From Octopus bimaculoides (taxonomy: Eukaryota): a stretch of 64,000 bases of DNA. The DNA lies in assembly GCF_001194135.2 (NCBI RefSeq), contig NC_068985.1, positions 107,430,549 through 107,494,548 of the forward strand. Direction: 5' to 3'. Positions 1 to 34,268 of this stretch are shown piece by piece. The notes under the pieces were generated by a model, which was given only the letters and a program-made list of their open reading frames with translations, was not told where the DNA came from and ran no database searches. How positions within the stretch are numbered: the stretch's first letter is position 1; each line of letters starts with the position of its first letter. The position numbers and the translations under genes are program-made.

Positions 1-1736
1 TATTGAAACCATTTTACTATTGAATGTTATTATTCATTGTCACTGGGTTGCAATCCGAGCCTGTTTTTTTTGGCCTTTCAATAACTTAATACTGACAGGG
101 ATCGCATACTCCTGTAGATTGCATTTCCTCATGAGTAGAAACAGGGTCTCCTTCGGTGAGGCAGAAATTGTGTGGATCCAATGAATCAGTTTGTTGAAGC
201 TTGCATCTACTGCATAATGAGTTCCCACAATTCAAAGCTGAGGTTTTTTTTACTATTGAAATATCACTCAATTAACCCTCTTGATACCAGCCCACTGAAA
301 TCCATCCCATTGATTCTGTGAGATAGACGTCATGTTTTAAAGCAATCTAAATTAAAACCTCACATCAAAATTTCATGTTAGTCTATGTTCAAGACACCAA
401 CTTAATAATTGTAAAATGATCTTAGTAAATTTTCAAAAGTAATTGTGATAAAGATTGAGTATTTCAAAAGAGGTCATCACTATCATCATTTAAAGTCTGT
501 TTTCCATGCTGGCAAGGGTTGAACTGTTTGACAGGAGATGGTCAGCTGGAGAGCTACCCGGGCCCCATATCTGTTTTAGCATGGTTTCTATATCTGGATG
601 ACCTTCCTCACACCAATCGCTTTATAGAGTGTACCGGGTGCTTTTATGCAGTACTGGCATGGGTGCTTTTTATGTGGCATTGGCACCCATGAGCCTGCAA
701 AATTAGGATTACTCAGCTAAAGATGGATGTAGGGGATGTCTTGTGTGTAAGGACGGTCACATATTTACTTAGCTTGATATGTCTTCTCAAGCACAGCAAA
801 CCGTCTGGAGTCTCAGTCCCCTATCATCCCCTCTGTGAGGCCAACAGAAGGGTTATCCATAGTTCTACTTATTGCTCACTCATTCATGTGCTTCATAATA
901 GTTTCCTTGTTATGAAAGTCATAAATAAAATGAAGCACATTTAAATGGCTGTATGGTAAGAAGCTTGCTTCCCAACCACATGGTCCTGGGTTTAGTCCCT
1001 CTGTGTGGCACCTTGGGCAAGTGTCTTCTACTATAGCATCAGACCAACCAAAGCCTTGTTAGTAGATTTGGTAGGTAGCCAGAAACTGAAAGAAGGCTCA
1101 TATATATATATCACCATCATCATCATCTTTAACATCTGCTTTCCATGCTGGTATGGGTTGGATGGTTTAACTGAAAACTGGTAAGCCAAGTAGGCTTCAC
1201 CAGGTTCTGATCTGATGTGGCAAGGCTTTTATGGTTCGATGCCCTCCCTAACACCAACCATTCCGAGAGTGTAGTGGGTGCTTTTTACGTGCCACCGGTA
1301 TGGGTGCCATTGACCTAACACTGACATCAGCCATGACTACGGTCTCACTTGGTTTGACAGGTCTACACAAGCATGGTGTATCACAAAAGATCTTGGTCAG
1401 CTGTCACTGCCTCCATGAGGCCCAATGCTCAAACAGTGCTTTTTATGTGCCACTGGCATGGGTGCCAGTTAGATGGCACTGGCATCAGTCATGACTATGG
1501 TTTCACTTGGTTCTACAGGTCTTCACAAGCACAGCACATTTCCCAACGACTGAAGGTTGCTTTCAACAGGCCAGTTGTGTGACACTGGTATCAGCCATAG
1601 CTACGATCTCACTTGGCTTAACGTGTCTTCTCAAGTATGGCATACCTCCAAAGGTCTCACTCACTTGTCTTATATATANNNNNNNNNNNNNNNNNNNNNN
1701 NNNNNNNNNNNNNNNNNNNNNNNNNNNNNNNNNNNN

Positions 1737-1778
<42 letters not shown>

Positions 1779-2360
1779 CTTATGTGTGTGTCTTTGTGTC
1801 TGTGTTTGTTCCTCCATGACAACTGGTGTTGATGTGTTTATGTCCCTGTAACTTTGTGGTTTGGCAAAAGAGAATGATAGAGTAAGTCCTAGCCTTAAAA
1901 ATTAAGTCCTGAGGTTGATTTGTTTAAGACCCTTCAAGGTGGTGCTCCAGCATGGCCACAGTCAAATTATTGAAACAAGTAAAAGAATAAAGGAGTATAT
2001 ATTAATATATTAGTATAATGCCATGTTACTATATCTCAATCATCATTCTCACCACCACCACCACCACCACCACCACCACTACCACCTTTATTATCATCTT
2101 CATCATCATCACTTGATGGCTAGCTCCCATGCTGGCATGGATTGGACAATCTGGCGGAGTCTAACAAGTTGGAGGCCGGCATCATGCTCCAATGTCTTCA
2201 TTTGCATGGTTTCAATGGCTGGACATCACTCCTAATGTCAACTTACTTTACAGAGGGTACCAAGAGCTTGTTTTTCTCAGCACCAGAACTATTTCAATAT
2301 AAACCCTATATTTCCACATACTATTGTAAACATATATTTCCACTCTACACTTCCACACAG

Positions 2361-22951
<20,591 letters not shown>

Positions 22952-23095
22952 GAGCATATCGGTAGCTTATAATCCAATAAACACTGAATAATAGAATTAA
23001 CTGTCACCAATTCTACTAAACATTAACACTGTGTCTGTCATCATGGTTTATTAAATACAGTTCATTAATATCCATGCACTGAATCAGCAGACATA

Positions 23096-23311
23096 AGAAG
23101 GGGTACTAAAAAATTCCTCACTGTAAGGGTATCGCAAAAGGCCTGGTTGGAGGCCTAACCTTCTGAGTTCTTTTACAAGGCTTAGAAAAACTGAAGGACA
23201 TTGCAATAATTATGCGAATCTGAGAGGGGAATATGTTTAATAAAATCATAATTAACTGATCCTCCTGTATTTTCTTTTACCCAAAGCCAGGAACTTTTCA
23301 GCACTCCTTTG
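23096..23311 (+). mobile_element. Mariner-derived MITE
   Basis: Degenerate TIRs (…GGAGTGCTGAAAAGTTCCTGG), TA flanks, retains a mariner 3' coding end. Confidence 0.65.
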
Positions 23312-23805
23312 TATGATGAAAGGTATTCCAGGCATGACCAACACAGCTTTTTATTCTGATATAACGTATTTTGGAGTAAGTAATTTATTTTCGCCAATAT
23401 GGATGGTTTAGTGAATCATACTTACTTAAGCCCTTTGCTCCCTATGGAGTATAGGCCATTGATGTCTTTCCTCCAATGTTCTCAACCCTGGGCTGTCTTT
23501 TTTTCTACTACACCATATATTTCCCTGAGGGAAGACCTTCCTCTCCCATGTTTTGTTGATATTGATTTGTCATTGATGCTTCTGTGAATTTTGCTTTTTT
23601 CTAGGTAGGGGTGTCAGCCCTATGCAAGTCCATTTTTACTTCTATAAAGAGGTAGTTATTTTTCTAAATGTATTTCAACAGAAATAGTAACAAAAGTATT
23701 AAAATACCGTATTTTAACATGTATAAGGAACCCCTTTTTTGTCAAAAATTATACATGGATAGTATTATAATCCATTACAAAACCTTTGTTCCAAATTTTA
23801 AGACC

Positions 23806-23849
<44 letters not shown>

Positions 23850-24719
23850 CTTTCACCTCTACACAGAGCTATAGAGCTTGTCCAACAAACCCTTGCACAA
23901 ACAGTTCTGATGTTACTCTGTAGTTTTTCATTGGACCATTACATTCGACACAAGCTTTTAACAATAAACATGATTACTCTTCTCATTCGTCCAACTTTCT
24001 ATTCATCTCAATGTTGATGAGGTAATACATTAGTTTCTTCTTATTACATCTTGGGGCCACCACATAACTTTTTTAAAGATCTTTCAAATATTAAGTATTT
24101 TGATTTTTAGATAACTTTAATTCAGCTTTGTCACTTTTCATCTTCTATTCAACCATATGACACACTCTCATTAGATTACACTAGGCTGACAGTTCAAATC
24201 CACTGGTGACATCTTGTTATATTTGTGGAAAGAATACTGAACTATAGTTCACTAAGATATAAATAAGTAGCAGATCAGTTTGTGAGCGTTTATTTGTGAT
24301 AGATAAGATTTTATCTAGGGTAGATTATTTTTTACTCATTGTACATTAACCAAAGCTTTGTGAGTGGATTTGGTAGACAGAAACTGAAGGATTCTTGTCA
24401 TATATACATATTGTGTATGCGTGTTACTGTCTTCTTGCCTTGACATTGCATGATGATTGGAAATGAATATCACTCATGCAAATGGTGTCCTTCATTCCCA
24501 GTCTTTCAGGAAAGCATGTTTGATCATGGGGAGATATTACCTTACTTGAGAGCAGATGAGCATTGGTAACAAGAAGGGCATCCGGCCATAGAAAAATCTG
24601 CCTCAACAAATCCCACCTGATCCATGCAAACATGGAAAAGTGGATGTTAAAACAACGATGATAATGTCCTCTATAAAGAACCAACCCATAAGAAGTGTTC
24701 ACTCGAGGTTTAGGAGATA

Positions 24720-25103
24720 CCGTAAATCCTCGAGTATAATCCGCACTTTTTTTCCCAAAATTTAAAGGTCAAAATTTCTAGTGTGTACTATATACGAGGT
24801 TAAAAATGAAAAATATTTTCTAAGCAAAATTTTGTATGTAAAGGCAATTTACTTAATATTTATTTTTCACTGACGTTATTACTGTTATTTCTTTATTTTC
24901 TGCACAAAAAAGCTACATGTTTGCATTATGTTATATATACAATAATAAAGGACGTTACCGTATATACGTTTACAAACCAAGGACGTTATATAGACCTCCT
25001 TGACTCAAGTTAGAGAAGGGGTGCATATTATACGCAAGGTTTAGGTTTTTCAGAGGTACAGCCCCCTAAAAATCCTCTGTGTATTATACTCAAGGATTTA
25101 CGG
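24720..25103. mobile_element. pogo/Tigger-like MITE
   Basis: TA|CCGTAAATCCT(C/T)GAGTATAAT TIRs (20/21 match), TA target duplication. Confidence 0.8.
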
Positions 25104-25683
25104 TAGTTATCTTACATTCTTGCTGATTACAGTAGTTGGCTGTTCTTCCAAGTAGTACCTGTTTGCAGCTGGGTGAAATGGGTAATCTAAGAGTACAGTA
25201 TTTAAAACATAACCATAGTCAACTGTTAGAGATGGGATGTAAGCCAGTGACCATTTTTGTTAATTATCCAACATCTAATTGATAATAGTAAAGGGAAAAA
25301 ACACAAATTGAAAGAAATTGCTGACAATAACAAATAACAGGAGGAACTTTTATTTAAATGTTTGTAAGAATTTACAATTAGAGTAAAAATTCAAATAAAA
25401 CTGATAGAGATGAGAGAAATTGTTTAAAGAGTGGGGAATAATGTTTTAGTTAGAAAAGCAAATTAAAAAAAAAAGCTTGGTCTGTAGAATACAGGAAAAG
25501 TGATTTTGTGGAATTCATGCCTTCCTCAAGAGTGTCTGTGCAACATCAAGTTTTTTTGATTTTTCAAATGGAAATCAAAACTCAACTCAACAGTATAGGA
25601 AATGTAAATGTTAGTTTTCTTTTTTCTGACTACGCAAAAAAGGTTATGTGATTTTACAATAAAGGGAAGCTGCTGTGTTCATG

Positions 25684-25751
<68 letters not shown>

Positions 25752-25995
25752 CTTTTCTATATATATATATATATATATAAAAGCTTTTCTATATATATAT
25801 AAATATAAAGAGTGGAGTTTATGGCATTACATTTCCATGGTTTACAATTGCTTCAACAACTTGCAGGTGACCTATCAAACAGCATGTCTAGGGACATAGA
25901 TGCTAATAAAAATTTAGTCATGCATATTATATAATGAATATTACACAGTGGCACCAGCAGTTATTTAATGATAACTAATCAAAGAAATATATATA

Positions 25996-26541
25996 CAGGG
26001 TGTCCCAAAAAGATGTGCTCACTCTTTGACAGACGGTTACTAATGTATTGTTTTTTGCGATGTACGGACTTACCTCGATGCAACAAATCCAAACAACTGG
26101 ATTGGGAGGAGAGGTAGCATTGAATTTCCTGCACGTTCCCCAGACCTCACGCCAATGGATTATTTTTATGGGGACATCTCAAAGATAAGGTTTACGCTGC
26201 AAAACCAGTGACAATTGATGATTTGAAAAATGAAATTCGAATACAATGTCTTGCAATTCCAAATGAAATGTTTCGCAATGTTGTTGAATCCATTGTTGGA
26301 CGTTATCAGCTTTGTTTGGAAAATGAAGGAAGGCAGTTTGAACATTTGCGAACACGCAGGAATGAGAGAGAAGATTAAATAATTCTAAATGACAATAAAT
26401 AATTGTTTCCACAACAATTTATTTTCCTGAATTTAATTTAACTTTTTAGGATTGTATGTATATCAATAAACATCTACTTGAACACAAAATGCATGAGTAC
26501 TGGGAAGTCAAAGAGTGAGTACATCTTTTTGGGACACCCTG
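25996..26541 (+). mobile_element. Non-autonomous Tc3-like element with 35-bp TIRs
   Basis: TA|CAGGGTGTCCCAAAAAGATGT(G/A)CTCACTCTTTGAC TIRs (34/35 match); internal WIGRRG…PARSPDLTPMD…FEH. Confidence 0.9.
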
Positions 26542-26741
26542 TATATATAAGCACAAATTAAAGGTTATAAACCTCATTCAGGGATTGCAAAATCCTATGA
26601 AAGTACTGGCTAATTATCTATACAAAGAGTATCGAACATTATATTTAATACTTAATTGCAAGGTAACTATATAAACCATGGATGAGAGAACAGAGAAGTA
26701 ATTAATAAATTATCATTTATTAATTAAAAAATTGACAAACA

Positions 26742-26824
26742 TCACTTACAGCTGTTTCAGTTTAGTCCCTCAGAAAATTAATTAAATTAAAAATTATTTG
26801 AAAGCCGAATCTCTTCAGAAGTAG
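26742..26824 (-). ncRNA. Decayed hammerhead-like motif (Penelope-type) downstream of the gelsolin-like stop
   Basis: CUGAAGA (26818-26812) ... GAAAC-AGCU-GUA (26758-26747) is intact; stem II is long but has many mismatches; stem I is short and bulged. Confidence 0.4.
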
Positions 26825-27363
26825 ATAGAGAGATATACAAAATAGGTGTTCAATTTCCTTATGTTGAGTAAACGGCTGCAAGAGAATTTTTTTTTAATAA
26901 TGATTCTATTATTAATGGAACAGTTTATATATATATGTGTATGTGTGAATTTCTGCCTGGGAGTCTCTGTCTGAAAATTTAGCTTACATTTATTCTCACT
27001 ACGTGGTTGAGCAGTTGGTTTTAAAAGAGGACATGCAAATGTAAATGCAGTTGCTCTGACATTTCTTGAGGCATTATGCGGTATCTATAAGTTCAGCTTG
27101 TTGCTGGTCCCAGTAAATCTAGCTGGAAATACATCTGACATTAGAGTAAAGTGGTTAGCAGTAGCAAGAAACACACAATGCTGGGTATATATAAAAGAAG
27201 GCATTTCTGATGTTAGTGTTCTGGGGTGCTATATAAAATTGTGGATTTTAAAAGGGTAAAAGAAAGGTTTGGTGGGGATAGAATATGTAAAATACTGAAA
27301 AAAAAAAATTTAAAAAAATAGAAAAGGTTTCCATTGACAGGATATGGATCCATCTGTGTTGAT

Positions 27364-27459
27364 TTAGGCTGCAAGAGCTGAGATTAGCTGGCGGTCATGT
27401 CTACCTTCCAGCAGGCGGGTGACTGGCAGCAGGCTGTTGGCTTTGTTCATCAGGTAGTT
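27364..27459 (-). CDS. gelsolin-like last coding exon
   Basis: atttag|AAC...GCC TAA; [31 protein letters not shown]; candidate minus-strand AATAAA at 26994-26989 and 26721-26716. Confidence 0.9.
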   Translation of the reverse strand, partial: NYLMNKANSLLPVTRLLEGRHDRQLISALAA

Positions 27460-30400
27460 CTAAATAAAAAAATAAATAAATAAAATAAAAGTAGGACTAC
27501 ATCAAATGTATTCCCCAAACTCCTATGCTATTACTTGATTAAAAGAAATATTTGACCCAATATTACTAATTTTTCATCTCAATATATTGTTAATGTTTGA
27601 ATGTATATTACAACTACATTACATTAAGTGTTTTGTTTTGTTGCTATAATGTACTAGAGAATATATCTATAAGCATCTTAGCCAACACTGTGTATGAAAA
27701 CAATTAATTTATAGACCCATTTTATGGTACATTAGAACAACAACATGAAACACTTAACAGCCCAGTAAGTTAATGTTTGAGCTTGCCAAGAAAAATGTTA
27801 AAAATACAAATTGGTCTATTCAGTATACTAGATGAGGATCTTTTCTGTTTGGCTGCATCTAAGGAAATTTTTAAGTTTAGTGAAAATTAAAAAATTTGTT
27901 GTATTGATGTAATTTTCCGTGCTGAATCTCAGGAGCAAATCCACTTTTTCCAGAATTTTTTTTATAAAAAGTTAGAGGTTTAAAGTTTGATCATTTTTAC
28001 CCAAGTCAGAAAACAGGATTTGGAAGCTGTTGTCAACTGTAAACAAATGATCACCTTATACTTCATGTTTTAAGCATTTAATAAATGAAAAATGACCACG
28101 TGGGTAAGCAGCTTGGTTTATTATTATGGAAATAGGCACCTATATGTCTGTGGCTTTCAACTGGCTAAAATTACCCAAAATTTACAAATTTAAAAAGCTA
28201 TTAACTCTTTATTAATTGATCTATGGTGAAAATGAATTTCATATTAGTAATTACCATACCAAACTACATCATTACACCAAATATGAAATGAATTCAAACA
28301 AAATTTGAAGAAATTGTAAAACAGAAGCCAAACAGAAAAGATCCCTAGATGGTTTATAAGCAGTGTGTTTAGGGATAGTTAAAGGAGGTACACAATTGCT
28401 GACAATGATTCCAACAAGAGCTGAAACATTCATACAACTATCCCTTCTTTTTCTACCTACAAACATGTGTCTGCATTATTTACAATCATCATAATATATA
28501 TTGTATATTAATAAAGACATGTGTGGTACATTACAGCACTAAAACAAAACAGTGTTTGTACTGTTATAACATACAGTGTTGGCTAATAATCTATAATTAT
28601 GTTCTATAGTATATTATAGAAATGAAATGAAACACTATTAACACACTACTAATTTAGTGTTTGACCTCATGGTCAAGAAAGTGTTGAATAGTAAAAAGGT
28701 CTATCAAGTTTACTTTAGCCACTAATATCGGTGGGTTTATAGACAGTGTATTCTTGGATAGTTAAGGAGAGTGCACAGTTGCTGATGAAACTCCAGAGTT
28801 AAAATGTGCAGTATAAACAGCTGTTTCTTCTATTTCTGTCAGTGAACATGTTGAGTATATAGATGTAATATTTATGTTAATTGTAACATGCAGTGTTACT
28901 TATAGGTATGTTCTATGGTATATTTTAGCATGAAATGAAACATGTAACACACCAGTAATTGTTCACTTTAACTTTAACACTTAAAGCTGTTAAATTTAAC
29001 TTTAACACACAAAGTTATTAGATTCACTTTAAATTTATATTTATTATTACAAGGTGTCAAAAATTTTTGTTGCATAAGTAAAACTTGGTTACTGACACAG
29101 TCCCACAATCACAGAAATGTTTTAATTTAAACTTAATGTGAATTAAATAACTTTGTGGACTATTAAATGTTTCTTCCACAATGTAAGTGTTTCAGTTTCA
29201 ACACACAGTCTCAGATCAAGTCACTTGCTCAACAGTTACAACTCGACTTTGATAAGTCTCTCTATTTTTGTAGAAGGAGAAAATAGGAAAGCTGGCTGTC
29301 AGCTTTTCTTACAGGTTATCAATGGTGTAAATGAAATGTAGTGATTATCAATACTCACGTGAGCATAGGTCATGGCGTTATTCTTTTCTGTAGTTGAAGA
29401 ATCAGCACCAATCCAAACAACAATTTCTTTCTTTGTATCAATGACAAAAACATCCTGAAGACAAAATACAAATCTAGCTATTAAAACTGATTTAACAATG
29501 ATCATCTCTCATCCAGGCCACAGAGAATAGAAAGAATATATCAACTACTTGCCTCCCAATATATTATTAGCTAAAGAGGAAACCTTCTATAGAGTCACCA
29601 TACATAAAAGAAAAAAACAGCTAGGTTTTCTTTACTACACATGTGATTTCTTAAAATGAAACACTAAATAATACAGTTTGAAATACAGTGTTAGAATAAA
29701 GCATAGAACTATTAAGGTCTCAGCTTTGATTACTGGATCTACAGAATCAAGGCTGACCTAAAGTGAAACAACTACTAGACATACTATACACATTGTATTA
29801 TCATAGACCCTAGATATCATATATATATAGCTCTATGTACAGTATGTCTGAATAGAAGTCGCAGCTGGGATGTTTGATCAGAGGTCTGCTGGATCGGGGC
29901 TGACCAGGGGCTAAAGATGCTTAGTTTTTATATAATGGAACTTACTCCTTGCTTCCCAAAATCCATCAACACTACTCCTGGTATTCCTAGGCACCCCTTT
30001 CCTTTTTATGGCTCTTTTACATTTCACTTTTGTATCCCTTTTTGTTTTATTCTAAGTACTGTGCATATACTTTTAGCTTTCATTGCTATCTTTCCTTAAT
30101 TGACTCATTGCTGCTTTCTGTCCCCTTTTTTTCTCTTATCTTATGAACTGTAGTGCACCTAAGCACCTTATACAATAAGCTCATTATTATAATTATCATT
30201 GTTCTTTTTGTACTTCCTATTTCATATCCTGTATGGGCCTGAGACACTACAGGCAAGATGTCACTTGGTTAGATAACACTCTCTATAAGTGTGTGAGTTG
30301 TTCCAAGTAGTGCAATCTTCTGGACTACATAAATATTGATGCTGCCCAGGAAACAGTTGGTAAACCTTTCCTTTCCTTTTTTCATAAATCCTAGAGATCT

Positions 30401-32197
30401 AATGACCACTGGTATTATTTTGGTTTTCATATTCCACATCCTGTTGATTTTCATCTCAGGGTCTTTGTATTTAGGAAGATTATCTGTGTCTTTCACAGAA
30501 GTGTTTCCTTCAGAGGGCATTACTGTGTTGATAAGCATATAATTAATGTCCTCCCTGTCCTTGATAATGACTGTAAGCTTGTTGGCTTTTATCTCTGTGT
30601 CAGTATAGGTGACCATGTCCCAGACATAATGTTGTTAGTGACCATGTCTGGCTTATGTTCATACCAACTTGGTTATTTTGATTTTATAATTCCAGTATAT
30701 TTTCCAATGCAGGTACACCACTGCTTTGTTATGCCAATAGATGCATTTGGCCTTTGCTAGGCTGAAGCATTATTCTTGATTAAGGTGGTGTGTTGGTTGA
30801 ATCGTTATTGCACTGGACAAAATGCTTAGTGACATTTCTTTAGGCTTTTTACCTTCTGAGTTCAAATTCTGCTAAGACTAACTTTGCCTTTTATCCATAT
30901 GGGGTCAATAAAATAAGATATCAATCACGTACTAGAGTCGATATAATTAACAAATTCCCTTCTCCCAAATTTCAGGCTTTATCCTTACACTTATGATTAA
31001 TTACACTTAGTCTTTAAAGATTTAAAATATGACTGATTTGGCTTCCAGAATATTGCTGATAGACATACTTATTTTACAAACCAGTGGACAAATGGAAGGA
31101 AATGTTTATTTTGTTTATACCTTCCTGGTCGACATGCTTGTACATGTGAGAACTCCTTTTCAAATTTTCTTTATGTCCTGACATAAGTTTACCATTCTTT
31201 GAAACACCTTTGCAACTGTCTGCAGGATTAAACTTTGGTCCTTTTGTTCAAGTTTTGTGAGAATTCTTGCATGTATTTCCGCAACTTTGTTTGCCGTAAG
31301 CCCTTGAACAAAAACGAGGCACTTAAATGTATCAGGAGTTAGTTCCTTCAGTTTAAATTTTTTGCACTTTCGGTTTACAGTCCTGGCATATGTGACAAAG
31401 TCTTCAACCTCTTTTTTTAAACTAGATTCCAACATTCCCATCGAGTGTTAAATAAGGAACTCTTAGCACTGAATATTTTTGATAGTAGTTTGGCTGTTTC
31501 CTGGAAACAAATTCCACTAGTTTTTTTGGGGTAATATGAAATTACAATATTTTTCATGTTCAGCCAGTGGTAATTTACACAATAATAATCTTACATTTTC
31601 CTTGTCTGTCCACAACTTGCAATCTTCCCTGAAGATTTCTTTATACCTTCCAAAGTACACTGCAAATGTTATACCCTCCTCTGGGTCATAACTGAATTCT
31701 GATATAAAATTTGATATGCCATCTATCGAAAATGAACTTATAGTGTTTCTGGACTTCTTAAGACATAGCTCCATTAATTGTTGTTTTTCTTGTTGCTGAA
31801 GTAGTTGGTTCTGCAACTCCTGTTGCTGTTCTTGCTGCCGTTTTTGCAACTGTGTAATAGGTCTTCCATCATTAACACCTTTGCATCAGAAAAATTTGTT
31901 AACTGACCTGCATGAGCTTTGAATCCTTGTCGCCGATATTGTTGTATTGCCAATTGTTATGACATTACTTTTTTTACACTATAATCATGTAATAACAATA
32001 AAACTTATAATGAAGCAGGGTAACAACAACGTAACAATCCAACACATTATTAAGGATTAATTTCAAAAGAACAAATAATAAATAAACAAAACAAAAGGAG
32101 AGAGAGAGATGGGAGAAAAGGGGCAAGAGGGTGAGGGACAGAGGAGATGGGGTGGGGGAAAGGACAGAAAGGGAGAGGGAGAGTAAGAGAAGGAATG

Positions 32198-32228
<31 letters not shown>

Positions 32229-34187
32229 TGAGAGAACAGAAGAGATTTTGTTGTCTCCTTACCTTGGAATCTAAATCACGTTTTCCAATGTCTCCTTTCT
32301 TCTCCAGATGAAATTGAACTTTTCCTGAGGAATCAGACAACCTGTTGGTGTAAGATGATAATCATTTATTATTAAGACACACACACACACACACGAACGT
32401 GTGAATGTAAGCTTGAAAGGGCCCACATTGAGGAAAAATTTAGTGATCATTTTTCTTTTTGTCTTTTATTTTAGTCATCGGACTGTGGACATGCTGTGAC
32501 ACTGCCTTGAAAGGTTTAGTTAAACAAATCGACCTTAGTACTTATTTGTTTGAGTCTGGAACTTATTCTATTGGTCTCTTTTGGCTGAACTGCTAAGTCA
32601 CATGGATGTAAACAAACCAACACCAGTTTTCAAGCAGTGGCAGGTGAACAAACACACACCTATAGTGACATTGTCATCATCCTCATCATCATCATTTAAC
32701 ATCCGTTTTCCATGCTGGCATGGACTGGATGGTTTGACAAGACCCAGCAAGATGCAGGGCTGTGCTAAGATCCAGTGTTAGCTTTGGCATATTTTCTGCA
32801 GTTGGATGCCCTTCATAATGCTAACCACCTTATAGTGTGTACCGGGTGCTATTTTTTGTGCCACTGGCACTAGTGAAGTTGCCAACTAAATTGCAAAACA
32901 AAAAAAGAACAGAAAAGGAATAAAAATCCAAGATTAAGGTTTAGAGAGAGAGGAGGGGCCTTCATAATAGGTACTGAGAGGTTAAAGTATGATAGAAGGA
33001 CAAGCACAGGTATTTTGCTGGGCTTTCACACAGTTTCTTGTATCAAATTCACTCACAAGGCATTGGTTGGTCCTGGGCTATTGTTCAAAGTGCCACACAT
33101 TGGTATTGAACCCAAAACCATGTGGTTGGAAAGCAAGCTTCTTAATCACACAGCCATGCTTGCAACTATACATGTTCCATTTATAGGTTCTGGTTTCATT
33201 ACATCACATCATATTGCGGGCCTCAACACAAGCTGTAAGGCCTTAACTCTTTTGTTACTATATTTCTGTTGAAATATGCAGCCTTTGTTTCAATTAAGTT
33301 TGAAAACAATGAATGCTTTAATAAATAACTTTGTCAATATTAACCTGGTGTTTGGAATATTAATTAACATGAAATTTTGATAGTAGGGTTTAATTTAGGT
33401 CACCTTAAAACACGAAGTTTATATCACAGAATCAGGAGTAAAGTTGGTATCAGGGTTAAGAAATCCTTCCCTATTAAGTAATAGGTCTACCTCAGTTGTG
33501 TAGACATGTGTTTGCAATGAAGGAGATATGTAGTGTTGCATGTGGGTAATACAGAAGAGAAGAAAGTGTGATTTATTGGTTATGCATGAATAGAGTTTGT
33601 TTTCGTGTAATAAAATCTAGGAAGGTCAATGTTTGATATTTTGTTGTGCAAGTGATTTGTGAAGTATGTCTCAGTTATTTTTGTGTGCATAGGTGCAGGC
33701 ATGACTATGTGGTTATGAAGCTCACTTTTCAACTGTGTGCTTTCGGGTTCAAGTTGCACTGCATGAAATCTTTGGCAAGTGTCTTCTATAATAGCCCCAG
33801 GCTGATCAATGCCTTGTGAGTGAATTTGGTAGACAAAAGCTGAGTGGAAGCTTGTCATATGTGAGTTTGTGTGTGCATGTATGTGTATGTTTGTTTGTTT
33901 GTCTGTCACCCCACTCTGTTGACAACTGGTGTTGATTTATTTACAGCCCTGTAACTTAGCAGGTTGGTGAAGAGGACAATAAATAACAAAATAAAAAACA
34001 AAGTACTGGGGGTAATTTGTTTGACAAAAACGCTTCAAGGTGGTGCCCCAGCATGGCCATAGATCAATGACTAAAACAAGTAGAAAAATAAAGATAAATA
34101 GCCGACTGAAGCTTTGTGATTGAATTTGGTAGGCGGAAGTTACTGCCGTGTGTGTATATGTCTGTGTATGTGCTTGTGCCTTTCTCC

Positions 34188-34268
<81 letters not shown>

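Noticed and set aside
40-271. Possible Helitron PIF1 helicase remnant (LDPHNFCLTEGDPV…)
   Set aside because: The similarity is faint and split across frames; not supportable without a profile search
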